Positions 36,347 to 49,972 of a stretch of 64,000 bases of DNA are shown here, one piece after another (position 1 is the stretch's first letter; each line of letters starts with the position of its first letter). Under the pieces are notes generated by a model, which was not told the origin of the DNA, made no database searches, and saw only the letters and a list, made by a program, of their open reading frames with translations. Both the position numbers and the translations under genes were made by a program. Source of the stretch: Chlorokybus atmophyticus (lineage: Eukaryota > Plantae > Mesostigma and Chlorokybus algae); NCBI GenBank assembly GCA_009103225.1, contig RHPI01002568.1, positions 509,742-573,741 of the forward strand, given 5' to 3'.

Positions 36347-39300
36347 ATGGTGGGGTTGGCGAGGAGGGCGGCGGGATGGGTTGCGAGGAGGCGCTTTGGA
36401 GCTGCGGCAGGAGGACGAGGAGGAGGAGGAGGGCGGGGAGGGAGAAGGTTGGTGGCGGATGAGCAGTCTTATGCCTGGCTAGAAGATGTCAACAGTCCCA
36501 AGGTGGAAATCTGTGTGTGTGTGTGTGGGTTTGGGTGTATCTGTAAACGTTCGTTTACATGTGTGTGTGCATGCGTGTGTGTGCTGAGGGTTTTGTAAGA
36601 GTAGGTTCAGGCGCACATAGCTCAAGAGCGCGCACGCTATGACGCGTGGATGGCCGACACCATCCCACTGCAGCAAAGGTAAGGTTGGTCAATTCCACTA
36701 CACGCATTGTGAGTCCGGCCCATACGAGTACACACGCACACGTATGCGCACATGTAGGCGCGCACTTATGCACTCACACATGCGTGTGCACACGCGTGCA
36801 GACACATGCTCGTGCACATACTTGTGCGCACGCGCATACGCATGCATACACAATCCCATGCGCATCCACACGTCATGCCGGGGCACTGCAAACCTGTGCT
36901 CACAAGTCCACCTGCTTTTGCGTTTGCACCCCCATACTCGCTAGAATCCCTCATCGCTGCATGTGCAGCTTGCACAGGGAGCTTCTGGCCCGCATCCCAA
37001 CCGCGGACGACACCACTCCACCCGAAAGGTACACAACGACAGCACACAACCCCGCACTACACTTTCCTTTCCTATCTCCAGCATCTAACAGAACACCTCT
37101 TATTGTCAGCTGGAGCGGGTGGCAGTATTACACTCGCCTTCCAGCGGGCGCAGACTTCCCTCTCTACTGCCGCACGCGCGCGGGAGGACACAACAAAAAC
37201 AACAACAACACGGAGCAAGTGCTCATTGACCAGAACCGCCTCGCTGACGAACACGGCAAGTACACGCACTGACATCTGTCAGTGTCTCTGGCGTGCATTA
37301 CGTGCAAGTGTGGATATGTGTCTCTCTTGTGGGATAGGGTATACGCATATTGGGGCGGTGGCAGTCTCGCGCGATCATCGATTGGTGGCGTATACGCTCG
37401 ACTCAAGCGGGGACGAGCGTTTCGATGCCCACATCATCGACACCGCTGATGGCGGTACAAAGCACAGTCACACACGTACACAGAAACACGCACACATGCA
37501 CGCGCACACACGCGCACGCGCGCACGCGCACGCGCACAGCAATAAAAATCGCATCATCCCATGCTTGGATTCAACCCACGGATGCAGGTAGGTGTGTTGA
37601 CGTGGTTCGCAACGTGGTCGGTATCGAGTGGAGCGCCGCGGACGGTGCGAGTTGTGACGGGGCTGCGTTGCTGTACACTGAGCCGGATGAGGAACACAAC
37701 CGGCCGTGGAGGGTGCGGGCACGAACAATTGGTACAACAATACGTGGTTGCTGTACACATGTGTACAGCGCGCTGTGTGAGCACATACATGCGCACATGC
37801 AGACACATGGACGTGCCTGCGTTAGCACGCGCGCGTGTGTTTCCTGTGCGTGTATATGTGTGTCAAGAGCTATATACTTCGTGCATCAGTGAACATGTAC
37901 GTCTGCATCTGTACAGGCATGTACATCGGCATGCCAACACATCGGTCAAACTCGCACTTGTGCGTAGGAAGTGCACAGCACGACGACCCGATCCTTCTCA
38001 CCGAGCGCGATCCGGCGCGGTTTGTTGACGTGAGCAGGAGCAAGGACTGGGCGATCACGACACTCAACTCCAACTCAAAGACGTCGTCTGAGGCAAGCCG
38101 CAAGTAGTGGTGTAGTCGTGACTGTCGGGTGGTGGTCTCATATTGAGGTGAGAGTTGATGTGTGATTGTGTGTTGTACTTGGTGCAGGTGCATCTGCTGG
38201 ATGCGCGCAGACCGTTCTCTGAACCGTGGCTGGTGCAGGTACTTGTCTTTTTCAGTCAGCTGCACACACGTTGCTGTGGATGCATCATGCGTGCATGCAC
38301 GTACATGCACGAACATACGCGAGCGCGCGGGCACCCACATGGACACGTGGACATGCATGCGTGCGCACTCACACACGTGCTGGCAGGTGTACGTGTCACG
38401 CACACATACACACGCAAGCGCGTCTATGTGCAAGCGCACGTGTCTGTGCGGCAGGCAGAAGCATGCAAGCATGCACAGTCTTTTGCATGTGCACACATGC
38501 ATACAGCCGTCCATCATGCGCATGCCCATCGTCCACATCCACCAGTTACACACCCTTGACTTCACGCAGCGCGTGGCAGGCTAGGCAACCCAACCTCGAG
38601 TACTACGTCGAGCACCACCACGACACCCTCTACATCCTCACCAATGCGCACGGGGCTGTCGATTTCAAGATCTCACAGTGCGATATCACAAACCCGTCCA
38701 TCGACGCGTGGCGCGACTTTGTGCCCGAACGGCCTGGCGTGGCCCTCGAGGACATGGACATGTTTGAGAAGTGGGTTGTGGTGTATGTGAGGGAGGAGGG
38801 CGTGCCGAAAGTGGGGGTGGTGGAGGTGGGGGAAGGGAGACAGGTTGTAGGTGAGTTGTGTAGCAGAGGTTGGTGTTTGTGACGTGAGTGCGTGTGCAGG
38901 GGACTTATGCACCTGGGTGTTGCGCGTGCGTGTACTCGTGTGCGCATCTTGTCCATGTGCACGTGTGCATGTGTGCACACGTGCACATGTGCGCGTGCGC
39001 GTGTGTGATGCGAGTGCAACGTATGTTGCAGGTGATATTCGCTATGTGGACTTACCACACGAGGTCTGCGCGGTATCTTCCGGCGCCAACGCCGACTTCA
39101 ACGCCACAACTTTGCGTCTGAACGTGTCCACGCCAACAGTACGTTCACCACCAGCTACAATGTCATTGCCCTCAGCAACAACGTTCAATCTTCCTCTTTC
39201 ATGCAGACCCCGACAGTGTATTACGACTACGACATGCGTGCCGGCGAGCTGAAAGCTGTCGGACGTGAGGAGGTGCCCGGCCATAATGTAGAGGATTATG

Positions 39301-41059
39301 TGACCGAGCGCACGCATGCGCGAGCGGCGGACGGGACTAGCGTGCCGATAACAGTGACGAGGAAACGCAGGTTTGTGTGTACGTGCATAGGAGCCATCAA
39401 TTGTGCGTGGGCTCGTGCGTGCGTGTGTGTGTGCGTGTGCGTGTACATGTGCGTGCATGCGTGTGTCTGTGTGTGTGACATTGCCTGCAGATTGCAATTG
39501 TTGCTTAATGAGTCGCGGACACGCTGTTGTTTGGCAGTACTCTTCTTAATGGCACAGCGCCTCTGCTGCTGCACGTCTATGGTGCGTATGGCAAGGTACC
39601 AGTGCATGAGACTCTACACTAGTTGAAGATGCACTGCATACACTCCACTGTCACCCCCTGTGCCTCGCGGCTTTCACAGCATGCACTGGCGTTATCAACA
39701 ACCGATGGCGTGAGCATGCACTCGTGATGATGCTTACATTGTCTTCACCACTGCATCAGTGCTTGGAAGCCTCCTTTGACGCCGACGCCCTCCCGCTCCT
39801 GGACCGCGGCTGGGTCATCGCCCTCGCACACGTGCGGTACTCACAACAACATCACAGCATGATCACACACTGTACACAATACCCCCACCCCCACCCCCAC
39901 CCCCACTCACCTCTCCCTCTCCTCAGCGGTGGCGGTGAGTCGGGCCGTCGCTGGCACGCATCCGGTCGCCGTCACAACAAATCAACATCCATCCACGACT
40001 TCCTCGCGTGCGCGGAGTCTCTCATCGCGCGCGGAGTGTGTCATCCAAAGCGACTGGCGGCGTGCGGAAGCAGCGCTGGAGGGATCGTGGTCGGGGGGGC
40101 GGTGAATGAAAGGCCGGAGAGGTTCAGGGCGGTGGTGGCAAAGGTGTGGGTGTGGGTGGGTGGGTGGGTGGGTGGGTGTGCATGCGTGTCTTGTCTTGAC
40201 TGTGGCGTTGTCATTGAATTGTGAGATCTTGTGTAAAGTGTGGCGTATCCTGACGGTGCGACGTGGTACCTTCTCTCAGGTCCCCTTCGTCGACGTGTTG
40301 GAGACGATGTCCCGGCCGTCTCTCCCGTTGACGCAGCACGAGTACGACGAGTGGGGAGACCCCGCCAGCGATGCGCTCGACCGCGCCGCCATCGCCGCAT
40401 ACTGCCCCTGCAACAACGTCCAAAAGGGGAAGAACTACCCCGCCACCCTCATCACCACCTCCCTCAATGACACGAGGTGAGCACGTCATGTTGTGTCGCT
40501 TTGCTATATGTGGGTGTCAGAAGAGGGGGCGGGGGATCTGTGTTATGTGTGCGCGCATGTGTGTGAGACAGAGATCACCGCCTATATGCGGGCGCCTGTG
40601 TGTCTGTACGCCCGTATGTGTGCATCTGCACCTGTGCGTGGGCGTGAGCGCAAGTGTGTTTATATCCTTGTGCACGCACCTGCGCACATGTGTGTGTGTG
40701 CATCCGCATGTGAGGGTCTCCACGCGTGAGCATGCAATGCACACGCCTAAAGGTTCTCACAGTGCTCGTGGTGCGCTTCAAGGATTGCGTGGACAGTAAA
40801 TTGTGACACGCTCGTGTGGCGTGGTTTCGCTAGCTAGTATTCGGTCTCATTTAACACATGCATCAGGGTGGGATACTGGCAAGCGCTGAAGTGGGCAGAA
40901 CTGTTGCGCGCGGCCATAAGGAACGGCACGAAAAGCCCGCCCGTGCTCGTGGATGTGAGCAATGATGCCGGCCACTTTGGCGAGGGCGGGCGTTACGGTC
41001 AGTTGGGGGATGTTGTCGCGCATCAAGCGTTTCTCATAAAAACCGTAGAAGGTGGCTAG
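36347..41059 (+). CDS. S9A serine peptidase, oligopeptidase B / prolyl-endopeptidase-like, probably mitochondrial (Arg/Gly-rich presequence)
   Basis: YAWLED, a beta-propeller with SRDHRLVAYTLDSSGDERF and SNSKTSSE|VHLL, HVYGAYG, AHVRGGGE, and a complete catalytic triad GSSAGG / NDTRV / AGHFG. There are about 15 exons. Confidence 0.9.
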
Positions 41060-41562
41060 CCAAGCGTCATACGGGGTTGCACGATTGTAACAAGTTGCTC
41101 CGCCTTTGCAACGCTTACACTTGTACAATGTGATATGTGACAAGGCATACCTGTTGTAATCCAAACTGATATATCAGTGCAACCCATGATATGTCATTCG
41201 TGACCAACACTCACCAAGCATACTTTATGAACATGCCTCACATTGACAGCAAAACAAAAATCTTGTGGATGCATAAACATTATCATGTATGCATTGTTTA
41301 CCACATGTGGAAATTGCAACAGTACAATGATGTTCGTGCTCGGCCTGGACGACAACATGTGACAAGCGACATAGCATACAGAGCACACACATGCATGCAC
41401 TTGCACACGCTTGCACACACGCAAGTGGAGGTGGGGCTAAGTGGGAATAGGTCATGCTACAGTAGCACAATAGCAGTGCTATTGTGCTTCTGTCGCACAG
41501 TATGCAATATGCTTGCGACTGATTTGTTGCTTCCTGTGGCGACAATTATGGGTGTATTAATG

Positions 41563-41975
<413 letters not shown>

Positions 41976-42180
41976 TNACGTAGTGCGCATCACGTGCAGG
42001 TGTGACACGGTTGCATATTATAACATTTGCAGTAATAATCACTAGGCTATGCAGCAAAAGTTGCAGCCATAGGGAAAGCCACATGCCATTTATGCATGTC
42101 CCATAACCATGTACATGACACATATGCATTATGCATGCTTATGCAATCTTTACTACTTTGCCTACACACGCAGGCACCTA

Positions 42181-42520
42181 TGTGCACATACGCGCATGCA
42201 CGCGCACGAAGTTGCTTTCACACGCATTTGATACTTGCACACGCTCGCCTGCACGCACGCACGCACACACACACACGTAAATACACGCACACATCAACTC
42301 AAACACCCTCCCCTTTCAACAAATACATCATAACTACCCATAATGGGCTCGGCACTTGTGTGCACATACGCGCATGCACGCGCACGAAGTTACTTTCACA
42401 CGGACACGCGCGCGTGCACGCACGCACGCACGCACACACATGTATAATTACACGCACACATCAACTCAAACACCCTCCCCTTTTGATAAAAACATCGTAA
42501 CTACTCATAATGGGCTCAGC
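42181..42520. repeat. Tandem duplication, unit about 178 bp
   Basis: TGTGCACATACGCGCATGCACGCGCACGAAGTT(G/A)CTTTCACACG and ACACGCACACATCAACTCAAACACCCTCCCCTTT...CATAATGGGCTC each occur twice, about 178 bp apart. Confidence 0.85.
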
Positions 42521-45406
42521 TGTGAGGAACATGTTCATGCATGTGTACGTGCACACGCAATGCAAGGCAAGCATGTGCATACCATAAATCTCCGTCGCCA
42601 ACTCGCTAGGCAATGCTTCCATTTTGTTAAGTGGTAAGCAGCCATATCAGCAATTGATGGTGACAGTGAACTTTATGATATATTTTGCCTATTCTGCTCG
42701 CAACATAATGTGTGGCCAACTTGTCATGAGATCTGCTGGCCTTATCCGACCTCAGAAGTGGCGTTGAGGACCTGCGCTGCACGGGACTGTCAGCCGATGA
42801 CAATCAGCTTGCCTGCTTGACAAGCAGTGCTTGTGCATCACTTATGCCGCAAAGAACACGATTCGTTCATGACTCATGAAGCGACGCATTGAGACAGCTC
42901 GACGCCTTGGTTGACAGGCACCGCCACTGGACAAATTTCTTGATGAACGTATCGTCTCAACTTCAACTGAGACCTGAAGTTAAAGGCTACCGTGCCCAGA
43001 ACAGAAAAAACAGACAAAATTAATACGTATATTCACGACAATCTTATTTAGTTTTAGTTTTAATTGTAGTTTTGTCTTGGATTTAATCTCTTGTGATAAT
43101 TTTGCTTCCTATGCCGCCATGGCCTGTTTCAACTATTTCGTTACGCGCGAAGCGCGCGTAACTAACACATTTTGCACATTTTAGCCCTACTTCAGTGCAG
43201 TGTAGTAACCAGACGTCATATATCCTTCGCGTCGTATGGGAGCAGTTCGTTATGTTGATCTGCTCCATAACATAAACTACGTCTAAAAGCGCCTTTTTAT
43301 TATATTTCTGCGGAAAGTTGTGCAACTACAACTCAACCTGATGACACGACATGCTTAACCCTCTCAGATCGGTCGCTCTACAGAACAGCTGTAACTCTGA
43401 AATGACATGTATAAACCGTCTTTACTTACACTGCATAAGTAAGGAAGGAGTAACTTTGGCGCCGCAATTTCGTCTATCGCGCACGCCGTCCGCCGCAGCT
43501 ACCGGCCATCTGACAACGTCTAGTCGGGTATCGCCTGCGATAGCGACGCTTGGTGATTGTCATGAGGGACAAGCTGTCTCGGAGGATCACCCTTGACTTG
43601 GGTACGGCGCCTGTAGATCGGCACAATCGGCGGTACTACACCGCCTTTGCTGTCAATGTGGCGAGCCTCTTCGGTCGCTTGAAAAAATGCTGCAGGATGC
43701 AAGTTGCATTATGCAACTCCTACCACATGACGCCTTACCAAGTGATTCCGTCAGCAAGTGCTTGAAACTCAACGCGATGCATACCAACAGCGCATATGGA
43801 CGGCTCCGGTATTGAGTTCTAGACGGGACTTGGTCGTCCGCGCGCTTACATTGTACAATGGCAAAGTACGCTGCTCAGCGAGATAATAGATGTCTTACGT
43901 TAAAAATCTGGCTTAGGGACGATGCGCGCGCTGAGCCGCCGCGATAGGGCAGCGTGGCCACGCCGAACGATACCGACAAGCTATACTACAGGCGCGCGGC
44001 AACTTTGAAGAAGTCCTTTGCGGCGCGCGGCAGATACGGATACAGATGCACACGTTGCGTGCGTCGCTGTGCATCGGTGCATCAGTGCATCGGTCACAGC
44101 GGTGTGACTCAGTCCAACCCTTTTAGCCTCAAAGAGCCACACGCAGCCAGCGAACATTGCTCATCAGTGCGGTGAATAAGTCAGACATGAAGCCCTACTC
44201 AACACCGACACAGTGCAGACCAACAACTGGAAGCACTGCAACCCAGTACGAACTTATGCATCATGCACCGGATATTGCATGCAAACTTCTATGCCTAGGG
44301 GCCTATCCTGAAGCGTGTGTGGTGCACGTACAAGCCTAGCGCTCTATACGAAGCCCACCCGTCCTTACTCATGATAGACTTTGTCTTCTTGTGCACGTGT
44401 GTGGGCAGATAGCTGTGGCTGGCACACAGAGGTTTAGGCATGTCGTGACCGAGCAAAAAGGGTAGCGTGAGAGGGCAAGAGAGTGCGTGAGAAGGTCTCA
44501 TGCAAGGGTAAACTTGGCCTTGACTTGCATTATGCACCATGGTTCATGCAACTTGCATGATGCAAGCCACCTTCACCTAGGCAGGCAGGCTTCAATCATA
44601 TCGGCTCCAGTTTGCTACTGAACTTTACAGCGTGCCACTTAGCTAGTCGGCCAACGCCACCTCTGCTGCCGCCGCCGCCACTGCCGCCGCCGCAGGCAGC
44701 TTGGTGCGCAGGTACTTCCTCGTGTTGTCGTCATCAACTCCATCATTGTGGATAGGCGCTATCATAATTGAGTTAGAACGATAGGCCGCGTAAGGCGTGT
44801 CACTATTCTCTCCCAGTCTTCGTGTCTCTCCCTAATCTCAACCACTTCGACTTTCAGGCGCTTGAGAAGCCTGCAAGCCTGCAAGTAGGTACTTATTGAC
44901 GAGACTTAACACCCCCTAAGCATAGACAAGACCTATCTCTAGCAAGGGTAGCTTGGCTAGTAAGCTTCAGCAACTTGACAGCTCTTAAGCACGGAAGCAA
45001 GACAGAGAGACTCAACGTCATTCTCTCTTCCCCATACCTCGTGAGGGGTTGCAAGCAAGACGTCCTCTTGCAGACATGCAAGTGCGGTGAGTGAACAGAC
45101 ACTCAGAGCCAGCATTGTTTCTTGACTGCCTATCATCTGATGCATGTACCGCATACCATGCATCTGTGCTCATTTGGTACCTTGTTCGTCCGTGCTTGTC
45201 AACTTCATGCATGATCTCTCCCTGTTCATCTTGCTGTGGGATGATTTGCCTAGATGGTATGAGTTGCAAACAAGCAGTTCTCCCTTTGTTGTGCAGAGAG
45301 TTATCTTAAGCCTTCCCAGGCTGCCAACGAGTTCAGTGAGTAGGTATCAGTAAGCTATCTGCCACACCAGTTTTTCTGTGTACAAACACCCACGTAGCCA
45401 CCCAAC

Positions 45407-48400
45407 ATGGCGCCTCCTCGCCTGCTCTCCTTCCTATTGGTTCTCTGCTGCTGCTCTCTCCTACACAGCGCGTCTGCACTAGTGGTGAGTTGTGCATATA
45501 GCTGCCATATGGTGGTTCCATTGAAGCAGGTCGTGATGAGGGTATGTCGCTGCAGGTGACCAATGTGACGGTGAATCTCACAAGTGATCCCACGGTGCCG
45601 TATGCGAGCGACGGCTTCACGTGTCTCTCAATCCATCTCGATGACGTGCAGATGTATGCCGGCCTCGGCCTCAACCTCGCTGCTGGTCCTGTAGGTAAGA
45701 GCAAGAAGAAGTACAAGGTGGTGATGATGATGGAGATGGGGAGAGAGTGTGTGAGTATGTGTGTGCTTGCGCCTATGTGTCTGTGTGTGCGCATGAGCAT
45801 ACGTGTGTGCATGGGCGTGTGCCACGATACGCTCTGATGTGTACAGCACTGATGTATATCTTGCATGCTTGCAGATCCTGTTTTCTATCAAGCGTTGAAG
45901 AATCTGATTGATCTCGGTAATGGTTTGACCATGCGCGTCAACAGCGGCTTCGGCGTCACCTTTGATGAGACTCAAGCCAAGACGAATTCCAGCGACTTCA
46001 ACACAGCCTCGCTGGAGTTTATCTCTGTAAGAGAGACTGCATAGTGTCCTTGTGATGGCGTCTTTGCATAGGTGGCACATGACCATGCAGCCTTACCTCC
46101 ATGTGTGTATGTGCGGCTCAGTTGATGGGTAGACTCTATCGGGAGCTCGGCATGAAGATCATTCCCGTGCTCGGGTGGGCCAGCGACAATGACCCCAAAA
46201 CCCTCAACACAACCTTCCTCAAGGTACTCACGTGTGTATGTGTGTAGCATGCGCACTCACAACAACACCATCACCATCATCAACACCAACCTGAAAATCT
46301 GCTTGCAGTATCTCACGCGCGCGACGGGTACTGCTGCGATCCGTGGCGTGGAGCAGGCGAATGAGCCGGACGCGCTCAAGCCCGCGATGGTGATCACCAA
46401 CGGCGGCCGCCGCAACATCACCGCGTCGCAGATACCCTATGTGGCCAACGCTGTGGGGGACTACCCAAACACACCATGGTGAGTGTGTGCGGTGTTGTTG
46501 TTGCTACAGATGCATCAGCTGTATCAGTATCAGCTGATACTGATACAGCTGTATCAGCTGTATTAGTTCTTGCATTCATACTTATTCGTGGAATAGGTGT
46601 ATGAATGTCTGATACTCGTTCATGCAGGGGGTATTATGGCTTTGAGAAGGTGTATGAGTACTTTGCTCGAGAGTGGGGCAAGCAGATTGTGCGGGACCGA
46701 ACCGGACTCAGGACAGACCCATGGTAAGCAACAGTTTATTTATGTACATACTGTCAGTTGTCCGCTGTTTGGCCTCTCATCGCAAACACACATATGTGTC
46801 ACACTCACCCGTGGCTTCTTTCTTGTGCAGGATTGGGGGAGCAATCACAGTAAGCTCCTTCATCACGTTTGTTATCGTTGCTCCGCGTCCTATGCCTGTT
46901 TAACTTTGTTAGTGCTGTTGGCACAAAACTGACTGTGGCCTTTGCTCGTGCAGTACACGTTTAAATTCCCATGGCTGCCAAACATCACGGTACGATAAGA
47001 AAATCACTTGCGTGTGCGCGTACGCATTTGACTGTATGTGCGCCCATGCACAAACTGGTCCAGCAAATCAGCCAAATAAACCAACCACAATTCCCATCCC
47101 ATCAGGATTTCTTCCAGAAGTACATGAACGAGTCCTCCCCCTTTTACAGCACGAATGCCTTCTCCTGGCACCATTACAGTTTCCCGAACTGCGTGGCTCA
47201 GAACCAGGGGTACACCGTTCCCGGTGTGCTCAACTCGACGGTGTTCCCGTCCTCACTCATCCCCTTCCTGAAACTGGCGTCGTCGCTCAAGAAGGAGGTT
47301 ATGCTCACGGAACATGCGTCGAGCTCGTGCGGAGGCGTGGCCGGCGTCGCAGACACTTACGCGTAAGCTTACAACTTGTGTCACACGCATATGTGTGCAT
47401 GCGCAGGTAACATAACACGACAATGGTGTTCTTGCCTTGCTGATGAGTTGATGTGACACAGGGCGACGCTGCACGAGATTCAGTACATGATGCAGACGGC
47501 TGCGGCGGGTTTCACCGCGGTGTGCATGACGACCAGCACGGCATCATACACGCCAGTACGTGTTGCTTGCGAATATGATAACTTGCACACGCATGCACAC
47601 ATATGCGTGTATGCAGTTGCAGACACGTGTTCTTACATGTATGTGCTATTCGCAGTTTGAACCCCTCGGCAGCGTCACCTACGATGCTGATGGTTATGGT
47701 TACCGCCAGAAGTGGTGGCTGAAGAACACCTATTACTGTGAGCACAACACCACAACTACCACCGCCAACATGAAATACCTACCACACCCACTCACTATGT
47801 CATTCTCATGCAGCTATGCTCGTTGTTGCTGAGGCTTTGGGCGAATCTTCAAAGGTGTCTCGCATCAACATCACCGGCACAGACCCGATAGTCCTCTCTG
47901 CCTTCATGGTGTATCGTCCCGACAACTCTTTCCGCATCGTCCTCATCAACAGAGAGTTGACAACCACACCAGCCTACAAGCGCACGCCTTTCCAAGTGGC
48001 TTTGCAGATGCCTGTGACCAAAGGTTCCGCAACATTCAAGCGGCTGCGATGCGACAACGTGTACAGGAAGTCCACCATAACGTATGCAGGACAGACCTAT
48101 GATGATACGACGGACGGGTGTCCGGTTGGGGACCTGACAGTGGAGACGGTTAGATCGACGCAGTATGACATCGGCACGTACACGTATGCGATCAACATGG
48201 TGCAGGCGGATGTCGTCGTGATGTTCTTTGGTACGCGTACTGTGTGTGTGTGTGCATGTGTGCTTGTACGCGCGCATGTGTGGGTATGTGTATGCGTCTA
48301 CATGCTTCTCGCGCGCATGTGCGCGTGCATGTGGGCTTCTGAGTGTGCATGCACGTACGTGTGCGTGTGCGCATGTGTCCAGCTTTGACACCTATGCTGC

Positions 48401-48867
48401 CATGTCTGTCTGATAACCAACCAATCTCACTCTTCCTCCTTTCTCAGGCACGCCACCACGCAACCCTCAGCCCTGTCCCGCCCTCCAGCCTCCTCCTCCC
48501 CACTCTCCCCCTCCTCCCCCTCCTCCCTCCCCCTCTCCTCCTCCTCCCTCTCCTCCCCCACCTCCTCCCTCACCCCCGCCGCCGCCGCCGCCCGTGTCGA
48601 CGGTCAGGCTGCAGGTGCTGTCGTTCCCCATCGATCACGGGATCGTCGCCATCAACGGGACATACTACTTTGCAACTGCGGCGGTGGCAACCAAACCGGG
48701 ATACAGAGCACAGGTGGGTGATGCGCAGTTTGTGGACGAGTTTGGGTGGCTTTTTGCTCTCAACATGGTTGCTTGCAGATACGCGCACGCACACAAAGAC
48801 AACAGCAACATGCACATATGCGCATGCACGTGTGCATGCGCAGACACACCCACACCCACACGCACAC

Positions 48868-48935
<68 letters not shown>

Positions 48936-49972
48936 CCTCTCAGGTCTCTGCGACATCTTCCTACGACTCTGGCATCCCCTACAAGCTCGTTGGTTGGAGT
49001 GATTCCGGCGGTTTGCTCCACTCCTTTGTCGTCCCGTTCCAGGCAGACTACCCCGTCACCGCCTACTTCTCCATCAACACGCCATCGGGTGGGTCTTACG
49101 GCTCCCTCCCGGCCCCGTACAAATTCGTGCAGATCAGCAACTACAACGTCAGAGGAGTACTTGGCAGTAAGTCCACGTGATGGTCGATATGTTGTGTATC
49201 AGTGTCAGTACCATCTCACTGGTACTCACCGAGTGTGTGTGTGTGGCTTTGCAGTGGGAGTGTGGTACAACTCCAACTCGGCCGTGACAACTATGACTGC
49301 GGCCGGTCCGGGCGTGGGTGGTGTTGAGGATGGTTGCGGCTTCGTGTACACGCTGCAAAATGTGCCGCAGGCAGCCACGCTGCAGCTCACCGTCCGCATT
49401 GTCTCCATCAAGTGCCAAGACAGCACCGAGTACGCATGCATTGCATCACTTGCGTGGCTTGTCTCTTCACAAACGTTTGCTACACACTTGCACAGTTGAT
49501 TGCATTCTGCAGGCAGCTAGCAGTAACTTGTTACCTAAAATGCGCATCTCTGCACGTCAAACCAGTTCAACACTCACACCTTCTCTATCGCAGCTGTCGC
49601 GCGGGTGTCATGGTTCGTCGTACCGGCTACCCCGTCAAGACCAACCCGCCCTCGGTGTTTGCTTACGTCACCTCCGGTGGTCGCGTGGGTCTAACCTACC
49701 GCACTTCCGCCACCGGCAACAGCGTGGACATCACCTCTTCCTCCACCACCCCACTCGTGTTCCCCGCGTGGGTTCGCGTGTCGATCTCCACGACGACTGT
49801 GACAGTTTCAGCTTCTCGCGATGGCAGAACCTGGGTGGCAGACTATAACATCAATGCGGATATAGCCTTCGGTGTTGCGGGGATGACGGCAGTCCCTGTT
49901 GGGGTGGCAGCAACAAGTCAGGCTGTTCAGCACATCTCGCAGGTGGCTTTCAGCAACTTCAGCGGGCATTAG
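45407..49972 (+). CDS. Secreted modular GH79-like beta-glucuronidase/heparanase: signal peptide, GH79 catalytic and C-terminal domain, Ser-Pro rod, InlB-B-repeat-like module, ConA-like/DUF1349-like domain
   Basis: Signal peptide MAPPRLLSFLLVLCCCSLLHSASA; acid/base ANEPD; SWHHYS; nucleophile region MLTEHASSSCGGVAGVADTYAATL; RIVLINRE...FKRLRCDNV...TITYAGQTYD; an SPPPP linker; GWSDSGGLLHSF; CRAGVMVR...SRDGRTW...VGVAATS...FSNF. Confidence 0.8.

Noticed and set aside
39586-39600. GC donor in the peptidase gene at GCGTATG|GCAAG
   Set aside because: The GT donor five bases later (GGCAAG|GTACC) gives the correct frame GAYGK|CLEAS.
43350-44540. Short ORFs in the gene-free interval (e.g. MATPNDTDK..., MRDKLSRR...)
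   Set aside because: They have near-cognate starts or no motifs, and there is no transposase or RT signature.
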